Shown here: piece by piece, positions 1 through 8,607 of the stretch
Numbering within the stretch: position 1 is the first letter of the stretch
Layout: the number at the start of each line of letters is the position of its first letter
IMG/VR virus record: IMGVR_UViG_3300024232_000051
Span: 1 to 33,062 of that record
Source of the DNA: a virus
Taxonomy: Duplodnaviria; Caudoviricetes
Direction: 5' to 3' (one strand)
Length of the DNA: 33,062 bases
Notes under the pieces: model-generated
The model's input: the letters and a program-made list of their open reading frames with translations, nothing else
Databases searched by the model: none
What the model was told of the DNA's origin: nothing
Translations under genes and position numbers: made by a program

Positions 1-117
1 TAGAGGCGGCTAGGCCCCAACCGCCCAAGGAACCGGATTTGCGTCTTGAACGCATTCTGAGGATACGGGCGCGGATCGATAAGCTGCCAGCAAGCTTTAC
101 GTGACAGTCAATGCTAA

Positions 118-633
118 CTAATACAGCGAGCGGATGTCCTCTTCATTTTCCTCACCAGAAGTTATTACGTCAACGTCAATGACATTAGGGTGGTCAATAG
201 CAAACGTGTCATTGACAATCGTGTCAAGAACCGTTCCGCCCTGTGCGCGAGCCTTGGCCTTCTGAAGTGCATCCAAGACCTCCCTATCAGCACTTAAATG
301 ATGCTCTACAGTAGAGTGTGCGCCATATGCCTTCTGCCTTCTCCTCTCCAAAAGCCATTTGATGTTGCTACTGACCACACTCGCTTCCTTGGGGTCTTCA
401 ACTCCGTAGATGTGGTGGTTGAATATGTTGGGTAGGGCTTCCGCCATCAGGTCGTAAAGCCGATCTTCGGCTTCCTGCCTTAGCATACTCAGTTGCGGGT
501 ACTTCTTCGTGTACGTCACAAAGGTAGAGTACGCTAGTCCTTGTTCGTCGCAGGCTACTGTCGGGACTTTACCCCGACTGATCTTGTCCAGTGCGCCGAG
601 TACGTCGGCCATTATGTCATATGGTACAGTCAT
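118..633 (-). CDS. terS: Terminase small subunit (Sf6-like)
   Basis: N-terminal HTH-like segment (ISRGKVPTVACDEQGLAYSTF), helical middle and the NIKWLLERRRQKAYG motif typical of TerS. GGAGG RBS. Adjacent to terL. Confidence 0.7.
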   Translation of the reverse strand: MTVPYDIMADVLGALDKISRGKVPTVACDEQGLAYSTFVTYTKKYPQLSMLRQEAEDRLYDLMAEALPNIFNHHIYGVEDPKEASVVSSNIKWLLERRRQKAYGAHSTVEHHLSADREVLDALQKAKARAQGGTVLDTIVNDTFAIDHPNVIDVDVITSGEENEEDIRSLY

Positions 634-642
634 CCCATCCTC

Positions 643-2166
643 CTAAAACATGAACTCGTCATATTCGACTTGCGCCTGATTACGTTGCGCTCGCCATCCC
701 AGTCCTATGTCGCGCCTGACCACGTTGACTGCAAAGGTCAGCATGAACGCGTCGGCTCTGTCTGGACTGTGTTCCCCTGTCCGCGACTTGTACAGTTCCT
801 TGCTCTCCATCTTCAGCTTCTGTTCAAACCGGTCGTAGCTGTATTGCAAACCCGTTAGCTGGGTGAAGAACTCGTCATCATCGTCTATGCAGCCTTGATC
901 CACCAACCACTCTTTACCCAAATGCCATATCTCGTCCCGCTTCCTGTAGTACATTTCGGGCTTGCTACTCATGGCTCCCGGCCAGAACTCGAAGACCTTG
1001 ATGTGATAATTCTCCCGTAGCTGGTCTATGACCCCATCGCCCCCACCGGGCGCTTCAACCACGACAGCATCAGGGTGGTGATGCTGGTATTCCCGTACAA
1101 TGACCTTAGTGAGTTGGACCGTACTCAGTCCTTTGAAGACAAGTCGTTTGCGGGTACGGGCGTCTCGTCCTTGGCGATATGCGATAACAATCTCGTCTCC
1201 CCCGTATCGAGCAACGTCCACTGCCATGATAAGCGCAGCGGCTGGGTCAATGTGTAATTCTCGAACTTGTGCGTCTCGCGCCAAATCCTTACCAATGAAC
1301 TCATTGAAAGCTTGGTGCGGGAATTGACCGTATACGCGCACACGGGCTTCATCGCTGTCCGCTCCATACATCGTTATGATGTCATTCAGGGCTGACTTGT
1401 TTGTGTGTGAAACGTCACGACTATCGACGAACTCCAGATCGTACATGCCACTATGCTTGTCAAAGCAATCAGCGAACTCGCCAGTAGGCTGTGTAGGATT
1501 ACCGAATGCCAGAAAAAACACTTCTCCGTCGGTTGTTGCCCCAACGGCGGCTTCCCATATCTTAGGATGAATGCCTGACGCTTCGTCAAACACCATGAGG
1601 ACCGTACTCTCCGCGTTATGTAAGCCCTGAAACGCTTCCACATTGTCTTCACCTACCGTCATAGCGGTCATCATGTAGTTCTTACGCTCTTGTTCCGGCA
1701 CAAGTGCCGAACTGTATGACGTGGCCTGCCAATTGAACCACCGCTTAAAGAGGAACAACTTATGCCACTTGGCCAGTTCCGGCCATGTCTTATCTTCTAG
1801 CTGTTTTTGTGTATTCGCAGTAATGACGCCACGCGCCATAGCCCTTGTCGCCATAACCCACTGGATAACCCACGCCACAAGGGCAGACTTTCCAACCCCA
1901 TGACCTGACGAACGGGCGGAACGCCACACTAATGGTTCCAAGCCAATCGTTATCCGTTGGTCGTTCTCCTTCACGTGTTTGCCTAGTTTTGTTAACAATC
2001 TCTTCTGCCATGGCTCTGGTCCCTGTCGTTTACCTAGTGGGTTATACGTGCCGTCAGGTAAGATTGGTTCACCCCACGGGTATGCGATCATCACAAACCC
2101 ATATGGGTCGTCGCGGTACTTCGCGGCGAACTCGGCGAGTTGCTTGTCGGTCGAAGATTGATCCAT
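643..2166 (-). CDS. terL: Terminase large subunit
   Basis: Walker A SGHGVGKS, Walker B LMVFDEASG, coupling motif FGNP, and RNase H-like nuclease motifs AVDVARYGGD and SPDRADA. Confidence 0.95.
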   Translation of the reverse strand: MDQSSTDKQLAEFAAKYRDDPYGFVMIAYPWGEPILPDGTYNPLGKRQGPEPWQKRLLTKLGKHVKENDQRITIGLEPLVWRSARSSGHGVGKSALVAWVIQWVMATRAMARGVITANTQKQLEDKTWPELAKWHKLFLFKRWFNWQATSYSSALVPEQERKNYMMTAMTVGEDNVEAFQGLHNAESTVLMVFDEASGIHPKIWEAAVGATTDGEVFFLAFGNPTQPTGEFADCFDKHSGMYDLEFVDSRDVSHTNKSALNDIITMYGADSDEARVRVYGQFPHQAFNEFIGKDLARDAQVRELHIDPAAALIMAVDVARYGGDEIVIAYRQGRDARTRKRLVFKGLSTVQLTKVIVREYQHHHPDAVVVEAPGGGDGVIDQLRENYHIKVFEFWPGAMSSKPEMYYRKRDEIWHLGKEWLVDQGCIDDDDEFFTQLTGLQYSYDRFEQKLKMESKELYKSRTGEHSPDRADAFMLTFAVNVVRRDIGLGWRAQRNQAQVEYDEFMF

Positions 2167-2239
2167 TGTGTGTCCAACGCGTTGGGTGTATGTAGCCCCC
2201 AGCGTATTCCGGTAACGCGTTTGTCACAAGGATCAGCCA

Positions 2240-2473
2240 ATGGGCTTCCTTTTCGGCGGGGGTTCCTCCAAGAAGGCTCCCCCGCCCACGCCTGCCCCAC
2301 CGCCACCGACAAGGCAAAACAACCCTGTCCTCGATGCCGTGAGTTTCGCCCAGTACAAGAATACGCGTAAGCAGACAGGGAAATCGTACGCGTCAGCCGT
2401 CATGGGTGGTGGAGCGCCTAATCCCACCAAGTCGTATACGGCGGGGCTGTTCTCTTCGGGCGGGGGTGTATGA
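2240..2473 (+). CDS. Small Pro-rich virion protein upstream of portal (T7 gp7.3-like position)
   Basis: 77 aa, MGFLFGGG then a poly-Pro stretch. AAGGA RBS and ATGA overlap with the portal gene. Confidence 0.65.
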   Translation: MGFLFGGGSSKKAPPPTPAPPPPTRQNNPVLDAVSFAQYKNTRKQTGKSYASAVMGGGAPNPTKSYTAGLFSSGGGV

Positions 2474-4206
2474 TGGCCTACGAGGGCGCAAATATAGTCT
2501 CGATATCGCGGCTAGGCAGTAGCGACCGGCCAAATCCGAAGGATGTTTTATCACAATACAGCGAGGCGAAAGACCTACGCTCGCCGTACGAACAAGATTG
2601 GAAGATGAATGCGGCATTCTGCCTACCTAGACACTACACTGGCTGGCAGACCAGTGAGGCAATCACCAACCCTAGTTCAAGGGATGTGAAACGCTATGCA
2701 TACGATGCAACGGCCGCAAGGGCGCTCCCCAAATGGTCAGCCATACTCCGTAGGCTGGCTACGCCGGATGGACACAAATGGGAACGGCTCACAGCCTCAG
2801 ACCCCTACCTCCGTGAGCAATATAACGTCAGAGCCTATTTCGACGCCCTTACTGATACGCTATTTAAACTACGCTATGATCCGCGAGCCATGTTCAGCCA
2901 GTCTGTGGATGAAACGTATCTCGGACTTGGTTGTTATGGCACTGCGCCCGTAAGGATGAAATGGCGGACCAAGAAGTCGTACGACATGCGTGGTGGATTG
3001 GCTTACAAGGCTATGCCGCTGCGCGATATGTTCCCACTTGCAGACGGGGATGGCATAATTGATACGATGTTCGTCAGGCTTTGGCGCACGGCACCACAGC
3101 TACAAAAAGAATTCAAATTTGACTACCTCCCAAAAGCAGTCAAGGCTGAACTTGCGAAGACGGTCCCGAGCAATACGCGCTTCTTTGAAATTGTACATGC
3201 AGTATTCCCACGTGACCTCGACAGGTATGATCCAGAGTCGATCACGACGGATCGTCACCCATTCATCGGATGTTTTGTCAGCGTGGAAGATGCTGAGTAT
3301 ATCGGACCCGAAGATGGTTTTGCGTGCTTTCCGTATCTCGTTCCAAGGACGGCGACAGAGCCGGGTGGTTTATTTGGTTTCAGTCCCGCGCAGCAATGCA
3401 GCCCCGCCATGGGGTCAGTCAACGCCATGAAGAAGAGTATGCTACGGCTCAGCCAGAAGAAGGCTGATCCAACGTTGTTGGCCAGTGACGATGGCGTACT
3501 GAGCGGACGACTGGGCTTGACGCCGGGGTTTGTGAACTATGGTGCGGTCAACGCACAAGGCGCACCGCTTGTCCACGCTTTGGAGACAGGGGATTTAAAT
3601 CCGGCCAAGGAGATACTGGCTGACGAGCGGGGCGATATCAACGACGCGTTCTTGGTGACGCTTTTCCAAATCCTCATGGACACGCCGGAAATGACGGCTA
3701 CCGAAGTCATCGAACGTGTGGCCGAGAAGGCGGCTCTGGCGGCTCCGACCATGGGGCGGCTACAGTCGGGCCTACTGGGGCCGGAAGTCGAGCGTGCGCT
3801 GATCCTGATCAACGAGAACGCCCCTCACATGCTGCCCCCCATGCCCCCGGAACTGATCGAGGCGAAAGGTGAGTACGAAATCATCTACACGTCGCCGCTG
3901 GCCAAGGGCCTCCATGCTGAAGAAGATGCTGGGTTCCTGTACATGGTACAGTCAAGCATCGAAGTTGCTTCGGCGACCGGTGATCCATCTGCCTTGGACC
4001 ACTATAATTTTGACGTGGCAATACCGGAGTTGGCCGAGCATAGGTCTGTACCAACGCGTTGGATGCATACGCCGGAAGAGCTACAGGCAGTAAGGGATCA
4101 ACGCGAACAGGCCAAGCAGCAACAGCAAGCCGTGGACGTTGCGCCAGCCGGGGCCACCGTTGCGGCGGCAGGGATCAAAGCACAGCCGGGGTTAGCCGGT
4201 GGGTGA
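2470..4206 (+). CDS. Portal (head-to-tail connector), T7 gp8/Bbp21-like
   Basis: 578 aa with PEMTATEVIER, PTMGRLQSGLLGP, IIYTSPLA and FGFSPA motifs characteristic of the podoviral connector family. Confidence 0.93.
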   Translation: MMAYEGANIVSISRLGSSDRPNPKDVLSQYSEAKDLRSPYEQDWKMNAAFCLPRHYTGWQTSEAITNPSSRDVKRYAYDATAARALPKWSAILRRLATPDGHKWERLTASDPYLREQYNVRAYFDALTDTLFKLRYDPRAMFSQSVDETYLGLGCYGTAPVRMKWRTKKSYDMRGGLAYKAMPLRDMFPLADGDGIIDTMFVRLWRTAPQLQKEFKFDYLPKAVKAELAKTVPSNTRFFEIVHAVFPRDLDRYDPESITTDRHPFIGCFVSVEDAEYIGPEDGFACFPYLVPRTATEPGGLFGFSPAQQCSPAMGSVNAMKKSMLRLSQKKADPTLLASDDGVLSGRLGLTPGFVNYGAVNAQGAPLVHALETGDLNPAKEILADERGDINDAFLVTLFQILMDTPEMTATEVIERVAEKAALAAPTMGRLQSGLLGPEVERALILINENAPHMLPPMPPELIEAKGEYEIIYTSPLAKGLHAEEDAGFLYMVQSSIEVASATGDPSALDHYNFDVAIPELAEHRSVPTRWMHTPEELQAVRDQREQAKQQQQAVDVAPAGATVAAAGIKAQPGLAGG

Positions 4207-4234
4207 ATTTGACAGTGGATTTAGATTTGTGCAG

Positions 4235-4303
4235 ATGCAGATCGCAGTGGTCGTCATACTATTGTGTATTGGTGCGTTTGCGTTAGGCGCGTGGTTATGG
4301 TGA
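4235..4303 (+). CDS. Possible 22-aa single-TM peptide (MQIAVVVILLCIGAFALGAWLW)
   Basis: Hand-translated, fully hydrophobic, and its TGA overlaps the next ATG (TGATG). RBS is weak. Confidence 0.3.
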   Translation: MQIAVVVILLCIGAFALGAWLW

Positions 4304-4443
4304 TGACAGTCAGTGAACGCGTTATGCAGATATTCAAGGCACGCGAAGCCAAGCTTGTGCAAGACATAGAGCTACTGAAAGCGCGACTGGCTGAGCTACA
4401 AGCTTTGATGACTGATGTAGAGCGTGTAAAAGACAATGGCTGA
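4303..4443 (+). CDS. 46-aa coiled-coil hypothetical protein
   Basis: Hand-translated MTVSERVMQIFKAREAKLVQDIELLKARLAELQALMTDVERVKDNG. Heptad pattern, fills the gap and overlaps the next start. Confidence 0.5.
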   Translation: MTVSERVMQIFKAREAKLVQDIELLKARLAELQALMTDVERVKDNG

Positions 4444-4789
4444 AGATAGTCTAGAACTGGCAGACCCCCTTGACCCCTTTGACGTGGCCACAGCGCACAG
4501 CACTGCGCGAGAAGATCAGGAAACTGCAATCGCGGTCCAGCAGGCGGCACTTCGCGCGAGACAAAGTGCCTACATACGTGTATTTTCTGATCATGCTATT
4601 ACTGGCGACGGGGCTGTTGTGCTTGCTGATCTACGCCGCTTTTGTCGGGGTGGGCAAACGCCATGGAGCGACGACCAGCGGGTTCATGCACTGCTTACCG
4701 GACGACATGAAGTGTATACCCGTATAACTCAGCATATGGGTATGTCATTTGACGATCTTTGGGAACTACTGAGTGAGGGTAAGACATGA
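4436..4789 (+). CDS. Bbp19-like phage protein
   Basis: AYIRVF...G..VLADLRRFC...GR.EV...I pattern, located between portal and scaffold. Confidence 0.65.
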   Translation: MAEDSLELADPLDPFDVATAHSTAREDQETAIAVQQAALRARQSAYIRVFSDHAITGDGAVVLADLRRFCRGGQTPWSDDQRVHALLTGRHEVYTRITQHMGMSFDDLWELLSEGKT

Positions 4790-5718
4790 GTAGTGGTGGT
4801 GTACCAAGCAACGGTGGGGGAACCGGTGGGGCTGGTGGAACTGATGCGGGGCCAACTGCGCCTTGGTCTGGTTTGCCTGAAGGCCAGATTTGGACTGTCG
4901 GCGACAAGCCGTGGTACGAAACGGCTTTACCAGATGGCGCGGCAAAGGAATTATTCCGTTCAAAGAAGTATGCGAACCCGTCAGTCGTGGCAACGTCATA
5001 TGCGGAACTAGAGCGGGTTAATGCATCACGTGACGACAGCAAGATGGTTCGCATTCCAGACGAGAACGCGAAGCCAGAGGATTGGAATGCAGTCTACGAG
5101 AAGCTGGGCAGACCCAAAGACCCAACGGGTTATAAGGATGTCAAGTGGGGTGACAAGGCTGACCCACAGATGGTGGAGTTTGGACAGAACCTTGCGTTCA
5201 AGTTGGGTCTGTCGCCCAAAGCCGTCGAAGGCGTCATGGTCACGGAATGGAATGCGTTTGTGCAGAAGGCCAATGAGAAGGCCGCACAGTCGCAGGCTGA
5301 GCAAGGCCAAGCAGCCGTCAACGAGTTGAAGACGAGTTGGAAAGGCGACTTCGACGCCAACCTGAACAAAGGTCGCCAGATCATGGCGGCGCTTGACCGG
5401 GCCGGGTTCAGCGATGCCGACATGGCGGTGGTTGAGCAACATATCGGCATAGCGCCAGTGATCAAACTACTGGCAACGATTGGTAAGCTATCAGGAGAGG
5501 GTAAGTTCATGGACGGTGGACCTAGTGGTGGTGGCGTAACAGACCCGGCAAACATGACACCGGAACAGGCCAAAGCCACGATCATGCAGAAGACCATGGA
5601 TCAAGCCTTCCAAAAAACCTACATGAACAAGACGGAACCGGGACACCCCGAAGCCGTTAAGCTTATGGAGGGACTGTATCTGAAAGCTGGGCAATTGATG
5701 GGCGGAGCAGCCCGATAG
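4786..5718 (+). CDS. Capsid scaffolding/assembly protein
   Basis: Gly-rich N-terminus, IPDENA...WNAVYEKLGRP, LK.SWKGDFD.NL and C-terminal HPEAVKLM motifs. Located upstream of the capsid gene. Confidence 0.75.
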   Translation: MSSGGVPSNGGGTGGAGGTDAGPTAPWSGLPEGQIWTVGDKPWYETALPDGAAKELFRSKKYANPSVVATSYAELERVNASRDDSKMVRIPDENAKPEDWNAVYEKLGRPKDPTGYKDVKWGDKADPQMVEFGQNLAFKLGLSPKAVEGVMVTEWNAFVQKANEKAAQSQAEQGQAAVNELKTSWKGDFDANLNKGRQIMAALDRAGFSDADMAVVEQHIGIAPVIKLLATIGKLSGEGKFMDGGPSGGGVTDPANMTPEQAKATIMQKTMDQAFQKTYMNKTEPGHPEAVKLMEGLYLKAGQLMGGAAR

Positions 5719-5727
5719 GAGAAGACC

Positions 5728-6255
5728 ATGGCAGCAAAAGGGACGACAAAGAATAAGACCACCGTGAAAGACAGCACGGTGGATGCCAGCATGGAGAAGG
5801 CTGAGCAGTGGTGGTACAATCTCACCAACACTGAGCAAGACCCTTTCCGCGACAAGTTCACTTCACCTTATGCGCCAACTAACGATGATATCCTCGCGGC
5901 GTATATGGAGACGCACGAAGAGAATGGTGCGTTGAAACCGGCAACGCAGGAACAGGCTCTTGCGTGGTGGCAGTCGCTGAGCCGGGATGAACGGGCAGCG
6001 TTGCGCGACAAGTTTGTCGATCCGCCCGAAAACGTGATGGAAATGTATGATACCGTGCATGAAACGGAAGCGGGACCGGAGCAACAGCATACCGGCGACG
6101 AGCCGCCAACCGTGCAGCCCGCCACGCCCTATGCGTCGGCGACCAATCACGAACTGATACGGAACGACGCGATACCGGGCGAGACTGCGGCTCTGTATGA
6201 GCAATCGCCCATTCCGGGTGGGTATCAGCCACCGGAGCCGCCGCCACTCCCGTAA
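5728..6255 (+). CDS. Acidic hypothetical protein with two internal WWxxL...RDKF repeats
   Basis: 175 aa with strong AGGAG RBS. Repeats at ~5791-5868 and ~5947-6024, Pro-rich C-terminus. Confidence 0.8.
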   Translation: MAAKGTTKNKTTVKDSTVDASMEKAEQWWYNLTNTEQDPFRDKFTSPYAPTNDDILAAYMETHEENGALKPATQEQALAWWQSLSRDERAALRDKFVDPPENVMEMYDTVHETEAGPEQQHTGDEPPTVQPATPYASATNHELIRNDAIPGETAALYEQSPIPGGYQPPEPPPLP

Positions 6256-6492
6256 GCCTTAGCCAATGGGGCTTGCGGGCTAGTTCATGGCTCATCGCAC
6301 TGAGCCGTGAGCGGTAAAGGGGACCGGGAAATACTAGTCATCCCCGGTCCCCTTGCCTTGTCTGGCGAACGCGTTTATAGCGTAATTCGCGGGAGCCTAC
6401 TCGGACACCTCCTGTCATCCACAGCTTGAAGATCAACCCGTCAGCGTGACGTTCACGCGGCGTGCGCTGACAAAGCACCGGAGACAGGGCAG
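6249..6492 (+). ncRNA. Candidate structured RNA leader of the major capsid gene
   Basis: Consecutive stems at 6249-6279, 6283-6312, 6317-6354, ~6365-6390 and 6440-6471. G-U pairs work only on the + strand. Confidence 0.5.
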
Positions 6493-7425
6493 ATGCCCGA
6501 AACAATAGCTCAATATTCCATCCCTGAAGCACACGTGTATATGTTCACGGACAATATCCGTGCAACGATTGCCCGTGCTGGCGGTCTTGTGTTCCCGTAT
6601 GTGGCACATGGCAGCTATTCCGGCGAACGTGTACAGGTGGTCAACTTCATCGGACCAGTCGAGTTCATCATTCGTGACACTGTTTACAGTGACACGAAGC
6701 TGACGGAACTCGAACACACCAGCCGCTGGATCAGCGGACAGGAATACGACGTGGCAGTCCTGATCGACAGGCTTGACACGTTGAAGATGATCTACGATCC
6801 GACTTCACCCTATGTCGAGCGGTTCCGGCAGGCGCATGAGCGTCGGCGTGACCAGATCGTGGTGGATGCATTCTTCGCCGACGCGAAAGCCGGTAAGGAT
6901 GCTAACGTCACCATGTCCTACAAGGCGGCGAACACGGTAGCCGTTGGCTCAACCGGCTTTACCGTCGCCAAGCTGCGCTCGCTTCGCAAGCTGATGAAGA
7001 AGCGCAACCTTGATCTGCGTTCGATCAAGCCGGGTATTCTGATCAATGCCGAAGGCATTGATGACTTGCTGGGTGATACCAACGCCGCAGGCGTCGGGAC
7101 CACCACATCGTCCGACTATGCCGCAATCAAGGCATTGGTGGATGGCGAGATCAACTACTTCATGGGGTTCAACCTGATCCCCTACGAGGACTACAATGGT
7201 AGGGGTATCCCGTACGTGGCGGGATCGACCACCGTACGGCATTCTCCGTGCTGGGTGCCGGATGGAATGCAGTATGGCACTTGGCAGGACTTGACGATCA
7301 CGATCAGCAACCGTCCTGACAAGAACAACATCAAGCAAATCCACGCCACCTTCACGGCAGGCGCGGTGCGACTGGAAGAAGACAAGGTGTTTGCACTGGA
7401 CTGGGACGAGAGCGTCACGCCATAA
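6493..7425 (+). CDS. Major capsid protein
   Basis: 310 aa after the scaffold. IDRLDTLKMIYDPTSPY, TSSDYAAIKALVDGEINYFMGFN and GAVRLEEDKV motifs of BPP-1/T7-like capsids. Followed by a terminator. Confidence 0.88.
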   Translation: MPETIAQYSIPEAHVYMFTDNIRATIARAGGLVFPYVAHGSYSGERVQVVNFIGPVEFIIRDTVYSDTKLTELEHTSRWISGQEYDVAVLIDRLDTLKMIYDPTSPYVERFRQAHERRRDQIVVDAFFADAKAGKDANVTMSYKAANTVAVGSTGFTVAKLRSLRKLMKKRNLDLRSIKPGILINAEGIDDLLGDTNAAGVGTTTSSDYAAIKALVDGEINYFMGFNLIPYEDYNGRGIPYVAGSTTVRHSPCWVPDGMQYGTWQDLTITISNRPDKNNIKQIHATFTAGAVRLEEDKVFALDWDESVTP

Positions 7426-7442
7426 ACTGTGGCACCGGGCTG

Positions 7443-7476
7443 TCCGGTGGGCAATCACGCCCACCGGATGTTTGTT
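7443..7476 (+). terminator. Intrinsic terminator after capsid gene
   Basis: TCCGGTGGGC-AATCAC-GCCCACCGGA, a 10-bp perfect stem followed by TGTTTGTT. Confidence 0.7.
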
Positions 7477-7495
7477 CGACACAAGGAACTGACAA

Positions 7496-7975
7496 ATGGC
7501 TATTCAGGTCTATGACCCGCTTAGCGCGGCACCAACCGCTGTTAAGCGACCGATTGACGAGCATGGCAAGCTGCGGACGATCTACAAGAAATTCACGACA
7601 GCCATTCTCGGCGATATCGGCAGCACGTTCAATCTGGGAAGGCTTCCGCCCGGTGCGGTACGGCTGTGGTATCCGGGTTGCTTCTATTCATCGTCGGCGT
7701 TTGGTGCCGGTGCGATCATCAACATCGGCTATGCCACGTATCGGTCCAAGCAGGACGTGGCAGTCGGCAACGACGGCATGGAGCCAGCCAGCAACAACGC
7801 GTTGGCGGCGGCTTTGACCGTGGCGGCGGCTGGCGGGCGTCTGCCGTGGTCCGCCACGCTGATGAAGTGGGACTTCTATAGCCTCGCCGGGGTGGACGTG
7901 ATCGCTACGCTGGCGGGCGCGGGCGTCCCGGCTGCGGCAACCTTGGAAGTGATGTACGCCTACATCTACGAGTAG
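7496..7975 (+). CDS. Virion structural protein, probable capsid decoration/cement (Bbp16-like position)
   Basis: 159 aa, beta-rich and Ala/Gly-rich, AAGGA RBS, lies between the capsid and tail tubular A genes. Confidence 0.55.
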   Translation: MAIQVYDPLSAAPTAVKRPIDEHGKLRTIYKKFTTAILGDIGSTFNLGRLPPGAVRLWYPGCFYSSSAFGAGAIINIGYATYRSKQDVAVGNDGMEPASNNALAAALTVAAAGGRLPWSATLMKWDFYSLAGVDVIATLAGAGVPAAATLEVMYAYIYE

Positions 7976-8010
7976 TAGACGACGGGCGCTACGAAGCGGG
8001 AGTCCCAAGA

Positions 8011-8607
8011 ATGCCTACCATGAAAGACGTGTGTAATCAGGGTCTAGGCAAACTTGGGGCTTCACGCGTAAACAACTTATCACCACCGGTCAGCACGCTG
8101 GAAGTCAAGTGTGCAAGTGAATACCCCCAGTGGAAAGCCAGTGAGATTAAGAAGCGCCGCTGGGTGTTTGCAACGACGCTATTAAGCCTGTCAGCACTGA
8201 CCACCACCGTGGTAAGCCCGTCAGACGGGCGAATGTACAAGTTTGCCGTACCCGGTGACATGCTGAGGCCAATCAGGCAAAAGAACACCACGTGGGTGCA
8301 ACGTGGGCAGTTCTTGTATGACTACACTAACTTGATTAATTTGGAGTACATTCGCAACGTTCCCGACAATGAACTGACAGACGTGTCCTTTGTGGACGTG
8401 TTGGCGTGCCGGGTGGCAGTCGAGTGTGCCGAGCTAGCCAGCCAATCACCGGGCAAGAAGCGGGATGCGGTGGTCATGCTCAAGGACGCCGAAGACGAGG
8501 CTGGGCGCATGAATGCGTTCACCCTTGAGCCGCATGAGACTGGCGGCGACGATAGCGCCTATACGTGGGACAATGCTCGCGCACAGCCCGAGTGGAGCGG
8601 TTTGTAA
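8011..8607 (+). CDS. Tail tubular protein A (adaptor, T7 gp11-like)
   Basis: DVCNQGLGKLGA N-terminus, W.FAT, YKFAVPGDMLR and FVDVLACRVA motifs. Confidence 0.85.
   Translation: MPTMKDVCNQGLGKLGASRVNNLSPPVSTLEVKCASEYPQWKASEIKKRRWVFATTLLSLSALTTTVVSPSDGRMYKFAVPGDMLRPIRQKNTTWVQRGQFLYDYTNLINLEYIRNVPDNELTDVSFVDVLACRVAVECAELASQSPGKKRDAVVMLKDAEDEAGRMNAFTLEPHETGGDDSAYTWDNARAQPEWSGL

Noticed and set aside
6256-6492. tRNA gene in the intergenic gap
   Set aside because: No T-loop GTTCRA within a cloverleaf and no acceptor stem found.
6338-6532. Minus-strand 64-aa ORF explaining the capsid leader
   Set aside because: It is antisense to the late operon, overlaps the capsid start and has no features. Plus-strand hairpins explain the region better.
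8565-8606. Longer start for tail tubular B from the ORF track
   Set aside because: ATG 8607 overlaps the previous stop (TAATG), has GGAG upstream and gives a canonical N-terminus.
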